DNA of 10,581 nucleotides, taken from contig JBGPXN010000161.1 in the NCBI GenBank assembly GCA_041492755.1, positions 1 through 10,581 of the forward strand, in the 5' to 3' direction. This document shows, one piece after another, positions 1-7,480 of this stretch (within the stretch, counting starts at the first letter, position 1; every line of letters starts with the position of its first letter). Below the pieces are notes generated by a model. The model worked only from the letters and a program-made list of their open reading frames with translations. It had not been told where the DNA came from and searched no databases. Origin of the DNA: Candidatus Methylomirabilia bacterium (GTDB lineage: Bacteria; Methylomirabilota; Methylomirabilia; Rokubacteriales; CSP1-6). The translations under genes and the position numbers were made by a program.

Positions 1-1632
1 CTCGCCACCTACAGCCAGCTCCAGGAGATCCGGACGTATTACAAGTTCACGGATATTGATATCGATCGGTACCGCATCAACGGAGAGTACCGGCAGGTGA
101 CCCTGTCCCCGCGAGAGCTCTCCTCGAAGGATCTGCCGAGCCGGATCTGGATCAACGAGCGCTTGACGTATACGCACGGCTACGGCGCCGTGGTGAGTCC
201 GGTGAACCGGGTGACGCGCGAGGGGCTCCCCGAATTCTGGATCAAGGACATCCCGCCCGTGGCCTCCGGTGATCTCCGGATCTCCCGCCCCGAGCTCTAC
301 TTCAGCGAACTGGCCACGGACTATGTCTTCGCGAAGACCCGGGCCAAGGAATTCGACTACCCGGCGGGGAATCAGAACGTCTACACCGCCTACGTGGGAC
401 AGGGCGGGATCCCGTTGGGATCCTTCTGGCGTAAGGTGCTGTTCGCGGCGCACCTGGGGGACATCAAGCTCCTTCTCTCTGACGACCTCACCGCGGAGAG
501 CCGGGTGCTGATCTACCGGAACATCCGGGCGCGGGTCGAGCGGATCGCCCCGTTCTTCCGGTATGACGACGATCCCTACATGGTGATCTCGGCCGCGGGG
601 CGTATCGTCTGGTTCCTCGATGGCTATACGGTCTCCGACGCGTTCCCGTACTCGACGCCGACGCGCGGGCTGGGCAACTACGTGCGCAACGCCGTCAAGG
701 TGACCGTGGACGCCTACGACGGGACGGTGCATTTCTATGCCGCGGATCCGGCCGACCCCCTGATCCGCACGACCGCGCGGATCTTCCCCGGGCTGCTCCA
801 GCCGCTCGACACCATGCCGGCCGACCTCCGCGCCCACATTCGCTACCCCGAGGGGCTGTTCAGGATCCAGGCGGCGATGTACGCCGTCTACCACATGCGC
901 GACACCCAGGTGTTCTACAACAAGGAGGACCTCTGGAGCATTCCGGTCCGCACCATGGATGGGCAGGAGCGGGCCATGGAGCCCTACTACCTCATCCTGC
1001 GTCTACCGAGTGAGAAGAAGGAGGAGTTCGTCCTCCTCATCCCCTTCACGCCCAGCAAGAAGGACAACCTGGCCGCGTGGCTGGCGGCCCGGAGCGATCC
1101 GCCCAACTATGGCAAGCTCGTCGTCTACAACTTCCCCAAGCAAAAGCTGATCTACGGCCCGCGGCAGATCGAGGCCCGGATCGACCAGGACCCGTTCATC
1201 TCCCAGCAGCTCTCCCTCTGGAACCAGCGAGGCTCACAGGTGATCCGGGGGAATCTCCTCGTCGTCCCCATCGAGCGTTCCCTCGTGTATGTGGAGCCGC
1301 TCTATATCGCCGCCGAGAAAGGGCAGCTCCCGGAGCTGAAGCGCGTGATCGTCGGATTCGGAGACCGGATCGCCATGGAGGAAACGCTGGACGGCGCGAT
1401 AGCTCGGGTGTTCGGGGCCCCGGTGCCGCGGGCGGGGACCGAGGTGGCGCCGGGTCCATCGGGGGGAGCCGCCGGCTCGGTGAAAGCGCTGCTGGATGAC
1501 GCGGCCTCCGTCCTCACGCGCGCCGACGAAGAGCTTCGCCGCTTGCACGAGCTGTTGCGGCAACTGCGCGACGCTGAGGAGAAGCTCGAATCACGGGGAA
1601 GTCCGCGCAGTCCCTCGGGGACGCCCCGATGA
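1..1632 (+). CDS. UPF0182 family membrane protein (COG1615-like), 5'-truncated by the window edge
   Basis: Frame +1 is open from base 1 ([41 protein letters not shown]...) to TGA 1630-1632, so the GTG at 97 is internal. Family motifs: [105 protein letters not shown]. Confidence 0.93.
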   Translation, partial: LATYSQLQEIRTYYKFTDIDIDRYRINGEYRQVTLSPRELSSKDLPSRIWINERLTYTHGYGAVVSPVNRVTREGLPEFWIKDIPPVASGDLRISRPELYFSELATDYVFAKTRAKEFDYPAGNQNVYTAYVGQGGIPLGSFWRKVLFAAHLGDIKLLLSDDLTAESRVLIYRNIRARVERIAPFFRYDDDPYMVISAAGRIVWFLDGYTVSDAFPYSTPTRGLGNYVRNAVKVTVDAYDGTVHFYAADPADPLIRTTARIFPGLLQPLDTMPADLRAHIRYPEGLFRIQAAMYAVYHMRDTQVFYNKEDLWSIPVRTMDGQERAMEPYYLILRLPSEKKEEFVLLIPFTPSKKDNLAAWLAARSDPPNYGKLVVYNFPKQKLIYGPRQIEARIDQDPFISQQLSLWNQRGSQVIRGNLLVVPIERSLVYVEPLYIAAEKGQLPELKRVIVGFGDRIAMEETLDGAIARVFGAPVPRAGTEVAPGPSGGAAGSVKALLDDAASVLTRADEELRRLHELLRQLRDAEEKLESRGSPRSPSGTPR

Positions 1633-1780
1633 ACAAGCGGCCCCGGACGATTCACTCTGGTCGGCATTGCAGAAGCTGTCCCAGAACGCTCTTGGTCGCC
1701 TCGCGGTGGTGCATCACGGGCGGCTGGCGGGCTATCTGAGCATCAAGGACGTCACTCATCTGATCGCCGTGTCGAAGTAA
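1628..1780 (+). pseudogene. Single CBS-domain fragment without an evident in-frame start (remnant of a CBS-pair protein or the CBS tail of a site-2 protease)
   Basis: Frame +2 reads [50 protein letters not shown] (TAA 1778-1780), which fits the CBS pattern (P-D-D-S-L..A...h....h.RL.VV..G.L.G.hS..Dh). The upstream part of this frame (1496-1627) overlaps the UPF0182 gene and looks non-coding. The ATG overlapping the UPF0182 stop (ATGA 1629-1632) is in another frame. Confidence 0.65.
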
Positions 1781-1798
1781 GACCATCACCCACGCCTC

Positions 1799-4510
1799 GT
1801 GAGAATCGATCAACTCACCGACGCCGGCGCGCTGGCGAGCCTGAACAGTGCGCCGCAGGGCTTGTCCACCGTCGAAGCCCGGCGCCGACTGCGCGAATTT
1901 GGCCCCAACCGCGTGGAAGAGGTGCGGCGTGAGCGTCCGCTGCGGCGGCTGCTCGGGGGACTGAGCCACTTCTTCGCCCTGATCTTGTGGGTGGCCGCGG
2001 CGCTGGCGTTCTTCGCCGAGTGGAGTGCGCCCGGCCAGGGGATGGCGAAGGTCGGGTACGCGATCGTTGCCGTCGTCCTGATCAGCGCCGTGTTCTCGTT
2101 CTGGCAGGAGTACCGCGCCGAGCAGACGCTGGCGGCGTTGCGCCGGCTCCTGCCGCAGCAGGCCGATGTCGTGCGCGAGGGGACGGTCGTCCCGGTGGCG
2201 ATCGAGGAGTTGGTCCCCGGGGACGTCGTGCTGCTGGAGCAAGGCGACCATGTGTCGGCCGACTGCCGGCTCATCGAGGCGTTCGGCGTCCGCGTCAACA
2301 ACGCCATCATCACCGGGGAGTCGCTGCCGCAGGCGCGCGAGGCGGGGCCCTGTGACGCGGACGAGTTGCTGCACGCCAGGAACATCGTGCTCGCCGGCAC
2401 GTCGATGGTGTCGGGCCAGGCCAAGGCCGTGGTCGTGGCCACCGGGATGCGGACCGAGTTCGGCAAGATCGCGTACCTCGCCCAAGCGGCCGGGGAAGCC
2501 GTGTCCCCGCTACGCCGGGAGATCGAGCACCTCAGCCGATGGATCGGAATCCTCGCGGTGCTGATCGGCGCCCTCTTCTTTGCGGTCGGTCGGGTCAGCG
2601 GGGTGCCGTTCTGGGACGCCTTCATCTTCGCCATCGGCATCATCGTAGCGATGGTGCCGGAAGGGCTGCTACCGACCCTGACGCTGGCCCTCGTGCTGGC
2701 CACGCAGCGCATGGCCAGACGCAACGTGCTGGTTCGCCACCTGCCGGCGGTCGGAACGCTCGGGGCCACGACCGTCATCTGCACCGACAAGACGGGAACG
2801 CTGACCCAGAACCGCATGATGGTGAAGCAGCTCTTCCTGGGAGAGCACCGCCACGCGGTCGATCCGGTGGCGTCCGGGCACCTGCCGGTCCAACGGTACC
2901 TGCCGTTCTTTCGCGTCGCGCGCCTGTGTCACGACCTCAAGGAGGGCGCGCACGAAGGGGCGACCGCCTGGCTGGGGGATCCCATGGAGATCGCATTGAT
3001 CGAAATGGCGGAGTCGGTCGTCACGACTCCGCCCGAGCATCGCCGGGTGGACGAGATCCCGTTCGACGCCGACCGCATGCGGATGTCGACGGTCCACGCG
3101 ATGGCCGAGGGGCCGACGCTCTATTGCAAAGGGGCGCCGGAGACGGTCACGCCGCTGTGCAATCGCATCCTGGTGGACGGAGAACTTCGCCCGCTCACGG
3201 CGGAGCTGCGCGGCCGGCTCGGGGCGGCCCAGGAGGCGATGGCGGAGCAGGGTCTTCGGGTCCTGGCGTTCGCCTATCGGCCCCTGGAGCCACGGTGGAA
3301 CCGTGAATCGCTGGAGCAGGAGCTGGTGTGTGCCGGGCTGGTGGGTCTGGAGGATCCGCCGCGGCCGGAGGTCCGGGAGGCACTGCGCAAATGCCGGGAC
3401 GCCGGGGTCCGCGTGATCATGACGACCGGTGACCATCCCCGCACGGCGCTCGCGATCGCGCGGGAGGTCGGGCTGGCCGGCGCTGACGACACCCGGGTGA
3501 TCACGGGCGACCAGCTGCGTGGCCTTTCCGAGAGCCAGTTGAGCGTGGTGCTGGACTCGCCGGATGTGCTCTTTGCTCGCGTCGGCGCCGACCAGAAGCT
3601 GCGCATCGTCGACGCCCTGAGGCACAAGCAGCACGTCGTGGCCGTGACCGGGGACGGCGTGAATGATGCGCCGGCCTTGAAGAGTGCCGACGTGGGCATT
3701 GCCATGGGCATCACGGGGACCGACGTGGCCAAGGAAGCCGCCGACATCGTGCTGCTGGACGATAACTTCGCCAGCATCGTCAACGCCATCGAGGAGGGGC
3801 GCGCGGTCTTCGAGAACATCCGAAAATTTCTCACCTACATCCTGGCTCACAATGTCCCCGAGTTGGTCCCGTACCTGGCGTTTTCACTGTTTCCGATCCC
3901 CCTGCCGCTGACCCCGATCCAGATTCTCGCCATCGACATGGGGACCGACTCGCTCACGGCCCTGGGGCTTGGCGTGGAAGCGCCGGATCCGCAGGTCATG
4001 CGGCAACCGCCCCGCCCGCGTCGCGAGCGGCTGTTCAACTGGCCACTGGCCCTGCGCGCATATCTGTTTCTCGGATTGATCGAAGCCGCCGCGGCGATGG
4101 CGGCGTTCTTGTTCGTACTCCATCGAGGAGGGTGGTCGTACGGTGCGAGGCTGGCGCAGCGTGATCCGCTCTACCTGCAGGCGACCACCGCCTGTCTGAG
4201 CGCCGTCATCGTCATGCAGATCGTGAACGTGTTCCTCTGTCGCAGCCCGAACCGGTCGGTGCGCTGGACGGGCCTGCTGGGGAATCCGCTGATCCTCTGG
4301 GGGGTGGTGCTGGAGATCGTCCTGATCGTGCTGATCGACTACACGGCTTGGGGAAATGCCATCTTCGGGACGGCGTCGATCCCGGGGCACGTATGGCTCT
4401 TCGTCGCCCCCTTCGGCGTGGGGCTGCTGGTCCTGGAAGAGCTGCGCAAGCGGCTCGTGGGCAACAAGAGCGCGAACCCATCGTGCGATGCGCGCTGGCC
4501 CGCCTCATGA
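1799..4510 (+). CDS. Cation-transporting P-type ATPase, P2 class (P2C, Na+/K+- or H+/K+-ATPase-like), 903 aa
   Basis: GLS..EA..RL..FGPN N-terminal motif, TGES actuator motif, VPEGL in M4 (Glu codon 2660-2662), phosphorylation motif CTDKTGTLTQNRM (Asp codon 2786-2788), KGAPE, DPPR, TGDH, TGDGVNDAPALKSADVG, M5 YILAHNVPE, M6 ILAIDMGTD and multiple hydrophobic segments. GTG start with no obvious SD. Confidence 0.96.
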   Translation: MRIDQLTDAGALASLNSAPQGLSTVEARRRLREFGPNRVEEVRRERPLRRLLGGLSHFFALILWVAAALAFFAEWSAPGQGMAKVGYAIVAVVLISAVFSFWQEYRAEQTLAALRRLLPQQADVVREGTVVPVAIEELVPGDVVLLEQGDHVSADCRLIEAFGVRVNNAIITGESLPQAREAGPCDADELLHARNIVLAGTSMVSGQAKAVVVATGMRTEFGKIAYLAQAAGEAVSPLRREIEHLSRWIGILAVLIGALFFAVGRVSGVPFWDAFIFAIGIIVAMVPEGLLPTLTLALVLATQRMARRNVLVRHLPAVGTLGATTVICTDKTGTLTQNRMMVKQLFLGEHRHAVDPVASGHLPVQRYLPFFRVARLCHDLKEGAHEGATAWLGDPMEIALIEMAESVVTTPPEHRRVDEIPFDADRMRMSTVHAMAEGPTLYCKGAPETVTPLCNRILVDGELRPLTAELRGRLGAAQEAMAEQGLRVLAFAYRPLEPRWNRESLEQELVCAGLVGLEDPPRPEVREALRKCRDAGVRVIMTTGDHPRTALAIAREVGLAGADDTRVITGDQLRGLSESQLSVVLDSPDVLFARVGADQKLRIVDALRHKQHVVAVTGDGVNDAPALKSADVGIAMGITGTDVAKEAADIVLLDDNFASIVNAIEEGRAVFENIRKFLTYILAHNVPELVPYLAFSLFPIPLPLTPIQILAIDMGTDSLTALGLGVEAPDPQVMRQPPRPRRERLFNWPLALRAYLFLGLIEAAAAMAAFLFVLHRGGWSYGARLAQRDPLYLQATTACLSAVIVMQIVNVFLCRSPNRSVRWTGLLGNPLILWGVVLEIVLIVLIDYTAWGNAIFGTASIPGHVWLFVAPFGVGLLVLEELRKRLVGNKSANPSCDARWPAS

Positions 4511-4536
4511 CGCGCCGCTCAAGGCGGCGATCATGA
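4505..4536. terminator. Imperfect inverted repeat overlapping the ATPase stop codon (possible terminator or stability hairpin)
   Basis: TCATGA-CG-CGCCGC-TCAAG-GCGGCG-A-TCATGA: a 6-bp GC stem (4513-4518/4524-4529) extended by TCATGA arms. There is no U-tract. Confidence 0.3.
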
Positions 4537-4671
4537 ACGGGCAGACTCTGATCCCGACAGCCGGCTCGCGTCTATCCGCGCTGGCGATCCGGCAGGGCAT
4601 CAGGTGTGGGAGGCAGGTGAGCGATGCGCACACGACCGCGGGCGGCGGCGTGTGGGCGTACCGGTAGGCGT

Positions 4672-4711
4672 GTGAGCGCCGGCCCTCTGCCGCGAGGGGG
4701 GCGGCGCTCAC
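4672..4711. terminator. Strong GC-rich hairpin between convergent gene blocks (possible bidirectional terminator or structural element)
   Basis: GTGAGCGCCG (4672-4681) pairs perfectly with CGGCGCTCAC (4702-4711). An inner CCCTC/GAGGG stem closes a TGCCGC loop. There is no canonical poly-U tail on either strand. Confidence 0.45.
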
Positions 4712-4730
4712 TATCCGCCGATCCTCCTTG

Positions 4731-4772
4731 AAGGAGGGAGGCATTCGATGCTTGTCAAGGACGTGACGCATC
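4731..4772 (+). pseudogene. Orphan translation start: strong SD plus ATG encoding MLVKDVTH, probably the 5' stub of a truncated CBS-domain protein gene
   Basis: AAGGAGGGAGG (from 4731) precedes ATG 4748. ATG CTT GTC AAG GAC GTG gives MLVKDV, resembling the common M-x-V-K-D-[VI]-M start of CBS proteins. The frame then runs antisense into the oxygenase gene and stops at TGA 4850-4852 (34 aa). Confidence 0.4.
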
Positions 4773-4778
4773 CGCGCT

Positions 4779-5744
4779 TCAGGCGACGTCGCGCTGGCGC
4801 GCGGCGTTGTAGTTGGTGTCGTACCACCAGTCGAGGTACGTCGCGTACGTGATGGGCGGATAGCGCGGAGGGTGGCCCGGCCCCGTGCAGGTGGGCAGGC
4901 ACGCGATCTTGGTGTCGAGATGCGGCCCCATGAAGTACGGGATCGCGTAGCGCGGGCGACCCACCGGGGGCAGCGCGCGGTGCGGCGTGGATTTGAAGCG
5001 GTGGTTCGTCCAGCGCTGCATCATGTCACCCGAGTTCACGGCAAAGGAGCCGGGCACGTACGGCACGTCGACCCACGTCGCGTCGGGCATCCGCACCTGC
5101 AGCCCCGGCACCTCGCTCTGGGCGAGAAAGGTCATGAAGTTGGCGTCCGTGTGGGGCGCGATGCCGAACTGGTTCGCCTCGGCCGCCACCGGCGGGTAGT
5201 GGGTGAGCCGGAAGCTGAACTGGCTCTCGGCGAAGGCGCCGGCGAACGCGTCCGGGGGCAGGTCGAGCGCCGCCGCGCAGAGCGGCAGGAGCCCTCGGCC
5301 CAGTGTGTCCACGGCCTCGGTGTAGGCGAGAACCGTGTCGCGAAATCCGGGTAGGTTCGCCGGCCACTGGTTGGGCCCGGCGAAGCGCCGTCCCGCCCGC
5401 ACGAGCGGATCGTCCGGCCCGCGCTCGCGCTTGACGAAGAACGCCTCGTTCAGGTCGGGCTTGTCGTTGGCGTTCACGTCCGAGGTCCAGACGGCGTAGC
5501 GCCCCAGCATCATGTAGCCGTTGTTGTGCTCGTTCATGCGCAGGGCGAGCTTGGCGTCCATGGGCTGGGCGTGGAAGCGCCGGGCCTCGGCAAAGGCATC
5601 GTCGATCAGCGCCGGCGGGATGCCGTGGTTCACGACGACGAAGAAGCCGACGTCCTGCAGGGCGCGCCCGAGCTCGGCCGCCGTGGCGGCGGCGGCGCCT
5701 GGCCGCGCCGCGAGATGCGGCCCGAGATCGATCACCGGAATCAC
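4779..5744 (-). CDS. 2-oxoglutarate/Fe(II)-dependent oxygenase, isopenicillin N synthase-like family (DIOX_N + 2OG-FeII_Oxy), ~321 aa
   Basis: C-terminal part of ORF 4779..7115. Start inferred at GTG 5744, overlapping the upstream TGA (GTGA) and giving MIPVIDLGPHL. Motifs: GFFVVVNHGIP, DLNEAF, NQWP, RLTHYPP, iron ligands HTD (5145-5153) and distal His in STPHR (4980-4982), GLQV, VNSGDMMQRWTN, RYAIPYF. Confidence 0.93.
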   Translation of the reverse strand: MIPVIDLGPHLAARPGAAAATAAELGRALQDVGFFVVVNHGIPPALIDDAFAEARRFHAQPMDAKLALRMNEHNNGYMMLGRYAVWTSDVNANDKPDLNEAFFVKRERGPDDPLVRAGRRFAGPNQWPANLPGFRDTVLAYTEAVDTLGRGLLPLCAAALDLPPDAFAGAFAESQFSFRLTHYPPVAAEANQFGIAPHTDANFMTFLAQSEVPGLQVRMPDATWVDVPYVPGSFAVNSGDMMQRWTNHRFKSTPHRALPPVGRPRYAIPYFMGPHLDTKIACLPTCTGPGHPPRYPPITYATYLDWWYDTNYNAARQRDVA

Positions 5745-7480
5745 GACGACGTCCGGCGCAGCGCGGCCCGAGACTCCTTCGTCTTCACCTCGTCCACCGC
5801 CGCGCCGTCGGGCGTGAAGACGACGCCGTACTCCATCGTCGCCCCGGCCGCCGTGATCTTGCCGTCCAGCAGGTCGGCCAGCACCGCGGCCGGATCGCGG
5901 TCCAGCGGATCGCCGTAGCCGGCACCGCCGGCGATGTACTCCCAGAGCTGGTCGCCGGGGTGCAGGACGATCATCTTCTTCGACGGCAGCTCCTCGCGGG
6001 TGCCGTCCGCTCTCACGACGTGCGCGTGGGCGCGGGTGCCCGGCGCGCCGCCCTCGAGGCCCCACGGCGAGGACGCGAAGCGCTCGCCGCGGTGGGAGAC
6101 CATCACGTCCGTCGTCGTCGCCTCGTAGACCTTCGCCAGGCCGAGGCCGCCGCGGAAGCGTCCGGCGCCGCCCGAGCCCGTCCACAGGCGCGCGCGGGCG
6201 ATGCGCAGCGGGAAGTTCATCTCCACCGACTCGACCGGGATGTTCATGCAGTTCGACACGTCGGTCTCGATGACGTCGATGCCGTCCTTGTCCGGCCGCG
6301 CGCCCATGCCGCCGGCGGCCAGCTCGCTGGCCACGAACGGGCGGCCGGTCTCGGGGTCGCGGCCGCCGAAGGCCATGACCAGCAGCGTGCCCGAATTCGC
6401 CGCCGGCATGCGGCCGGGCAGCGCGCCGACCAGCGCGCCGAGGATCGTGTCGGCGATGCGCTTGATCGTCGCCGTCCGGCAGCTCACCGGCGCCGGCGCC
6501 CTTGGATTGACGATCGTCCCCTCCGGGAGGATCGCGTCGACGGCGCGGAAGCAGCCGCCGTTGTTCGGCACCGACGCATCCGAGATCGCGCGCACCGCGT
6601 AGTACACCGCCGACATCGTCGAGGCCGGCACGGAGTTGAAGGGGCCGCGCACCTGGGGATCGCTGCCCGTGAAGTCGAACGTCATCGACGAGCCCCGCAC
6701 GCGCAGGGTCACCGCGATCTTCACGGGCTTGCCGATATCGACCCCGTCGTCGTCCAGCCAGTCCTCGAAGGCGTAGTCGCCGTCGGGGATCGCGGCAATC
6801 TGCGCGCGGGTGAGCCGCTCGGCCCGCGCGAGCAGCTCGTCGATGTACGCCACCACCGTGGAGGTGCCGTGCGCCGCGAACAAGGCCTGCAGGCGGATGC
6901 CGCCGAGCCGCCCCGCGGCGAGCTGGGCCATGAGGTCGCCGGTGAACACGTCGGGCAGGCGGACGTTGCGCGTGAGCAGGCGGAAGAGGTTCTCGTCCAG
7001 CGCGCCGGCCCGGAAGAGCTGGGTGGGCGGGATGATGATGCCCTCCTGGTACAGCTCGGTGGCGTCGGTCGGCACGCTGCCCGGCGTGCGGCCGCCGACG
7101 TCCTGGTGGTGGCACATCGTGCAGGCCAGCGCCACCACGCGGCCGTCGGCGAGCACCGGCACCGCCAGCGTGATGTCGGGCAGGTGGGTGCCGCCGTCGT
7201 AGGGGTCGTTGAGCAGGAAGGCGTCGCCGTCCTGCATGTGCTCCGGGGGAAACGCGCGCACGAGCCGCTGCGCGGCGAACTGCAGGGCGCCCAGGTGAAT
7301 GGGGATCGCCGCCGCCTGCGCGATGGTCTCGCCCTGGGTGTTGAACAGGGCGGCCGAGGCGTCGAGACCCTCCTTGACGATCGGCGACGCCGCGCTCTTG
7401 AGGAGCGTCAGCTCCATCTCGTCGGCGATGGCGTCGAGGCGATTGCGCAGCACCTCGAGCAGGATCGGGTCGAGGGCCAT
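5741..7480 (-). CDS. Hydantoinase B / oxoprolinase family protein (metal-binding subunit of an ATP-dependent lactamase; HyuB-like)
   Basis: DPILLEVLRNRL..IADEM, SPIVKEGLDASAA, NDPYDGGTHLPD, HHQDVGG..PGS, ELYQEG, GGMGARPDKDG, SGGAGRFRGGLG, GGAGYGDPLDRDP. ATG 7480 overlaps the upstream stop (TGATG); GTG 7483 is an alternative start. Confidence 0.95.
   Translation of the reverse strand: MALDPILLEVLRNRLDAIADEMELTLLKSAASPIVKEGLDASAALFNTQGETIAQAAAIPIHLGALQFAAQRLVRAFPPEHMQDGDAFLLNDPYDGGTHLPDITLAVPVLADGRVVALACTMCHHQDVGGRTPGSVPTDATELYQEGIIIPPTQLFRAGALDENLFRLLTRNVRLPDVFTGDLMAQLAAGRLGGIRLQALFAAHGTSTVVAYIDELLARAERLTRAQIAAIPDGDYAFEDWLDDDGVDIGKPVKIAVTLRVRGSSMTFDFTGSDPQVRGPFNSVPASTMSAVYYAVRAISDASVPNNGGCFRAVDAILPEGTIVNPRAPAPVSCRTATIKRIADTILGALVGALPGRMPAANSGTLLVMAFGGRDPETGRPFVASELAAGGMGARPDKDGIDVIETDVSNCMNIPVESVEMNFPLRIARARLWTGSGGAGRFRGGLGLAKVYEATTTDVMVSHRGERFASSPWGLEGGAPGTRAHAHVVRADGTREELPSKKMIVLHPGDQLWEYIAGGAGYGDPLDRDPAAVLADLLDGKITAAGATMEYGVVFTPDGAAVDEVKTKESRAALRRTSS

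Noticed and set aside
4540..4720. Possible Na+/Li+ riboswitch (DUF1646, nhaA motifs) or sigma-54 promoter near the cation pump
   Set aside because: I could not match the consensus elements by eye, and the region lies downstream of the ATPase rather than upstream. An Rfam scan is needed to exclude it formally.
4505..4771. 88-aa minus-strand ORF and the short plus-strand ORF 4533-4667 in the spacer
   Set aside because: No recognisable domain, atypical codon usage and no convincing SD, and the region is dominated by inverted repeats.
4779..5744. Beta-lactam biosynthesis (true isopenicillin N synthase) or ethylene-forming enzyme
   Set aside because: Only family-level motifs are present. There is no ACV synthetase or other biosynthetic gene in the window, and the context (uptake plus amidohydrolase) looks catabolic.
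5745..7115. 457-codon N-terminal extension of the oxygenase ORF (778-aa ORF), suggesting a fusion or overlapping gene
   Set aside because: It is an Arg/Gly/Pro-rich alternative frame inside the hydantoinase B gene, typical of high-GC DNA. Family similarity begins only at IPVIDL, where a GTGA coupled start exists.
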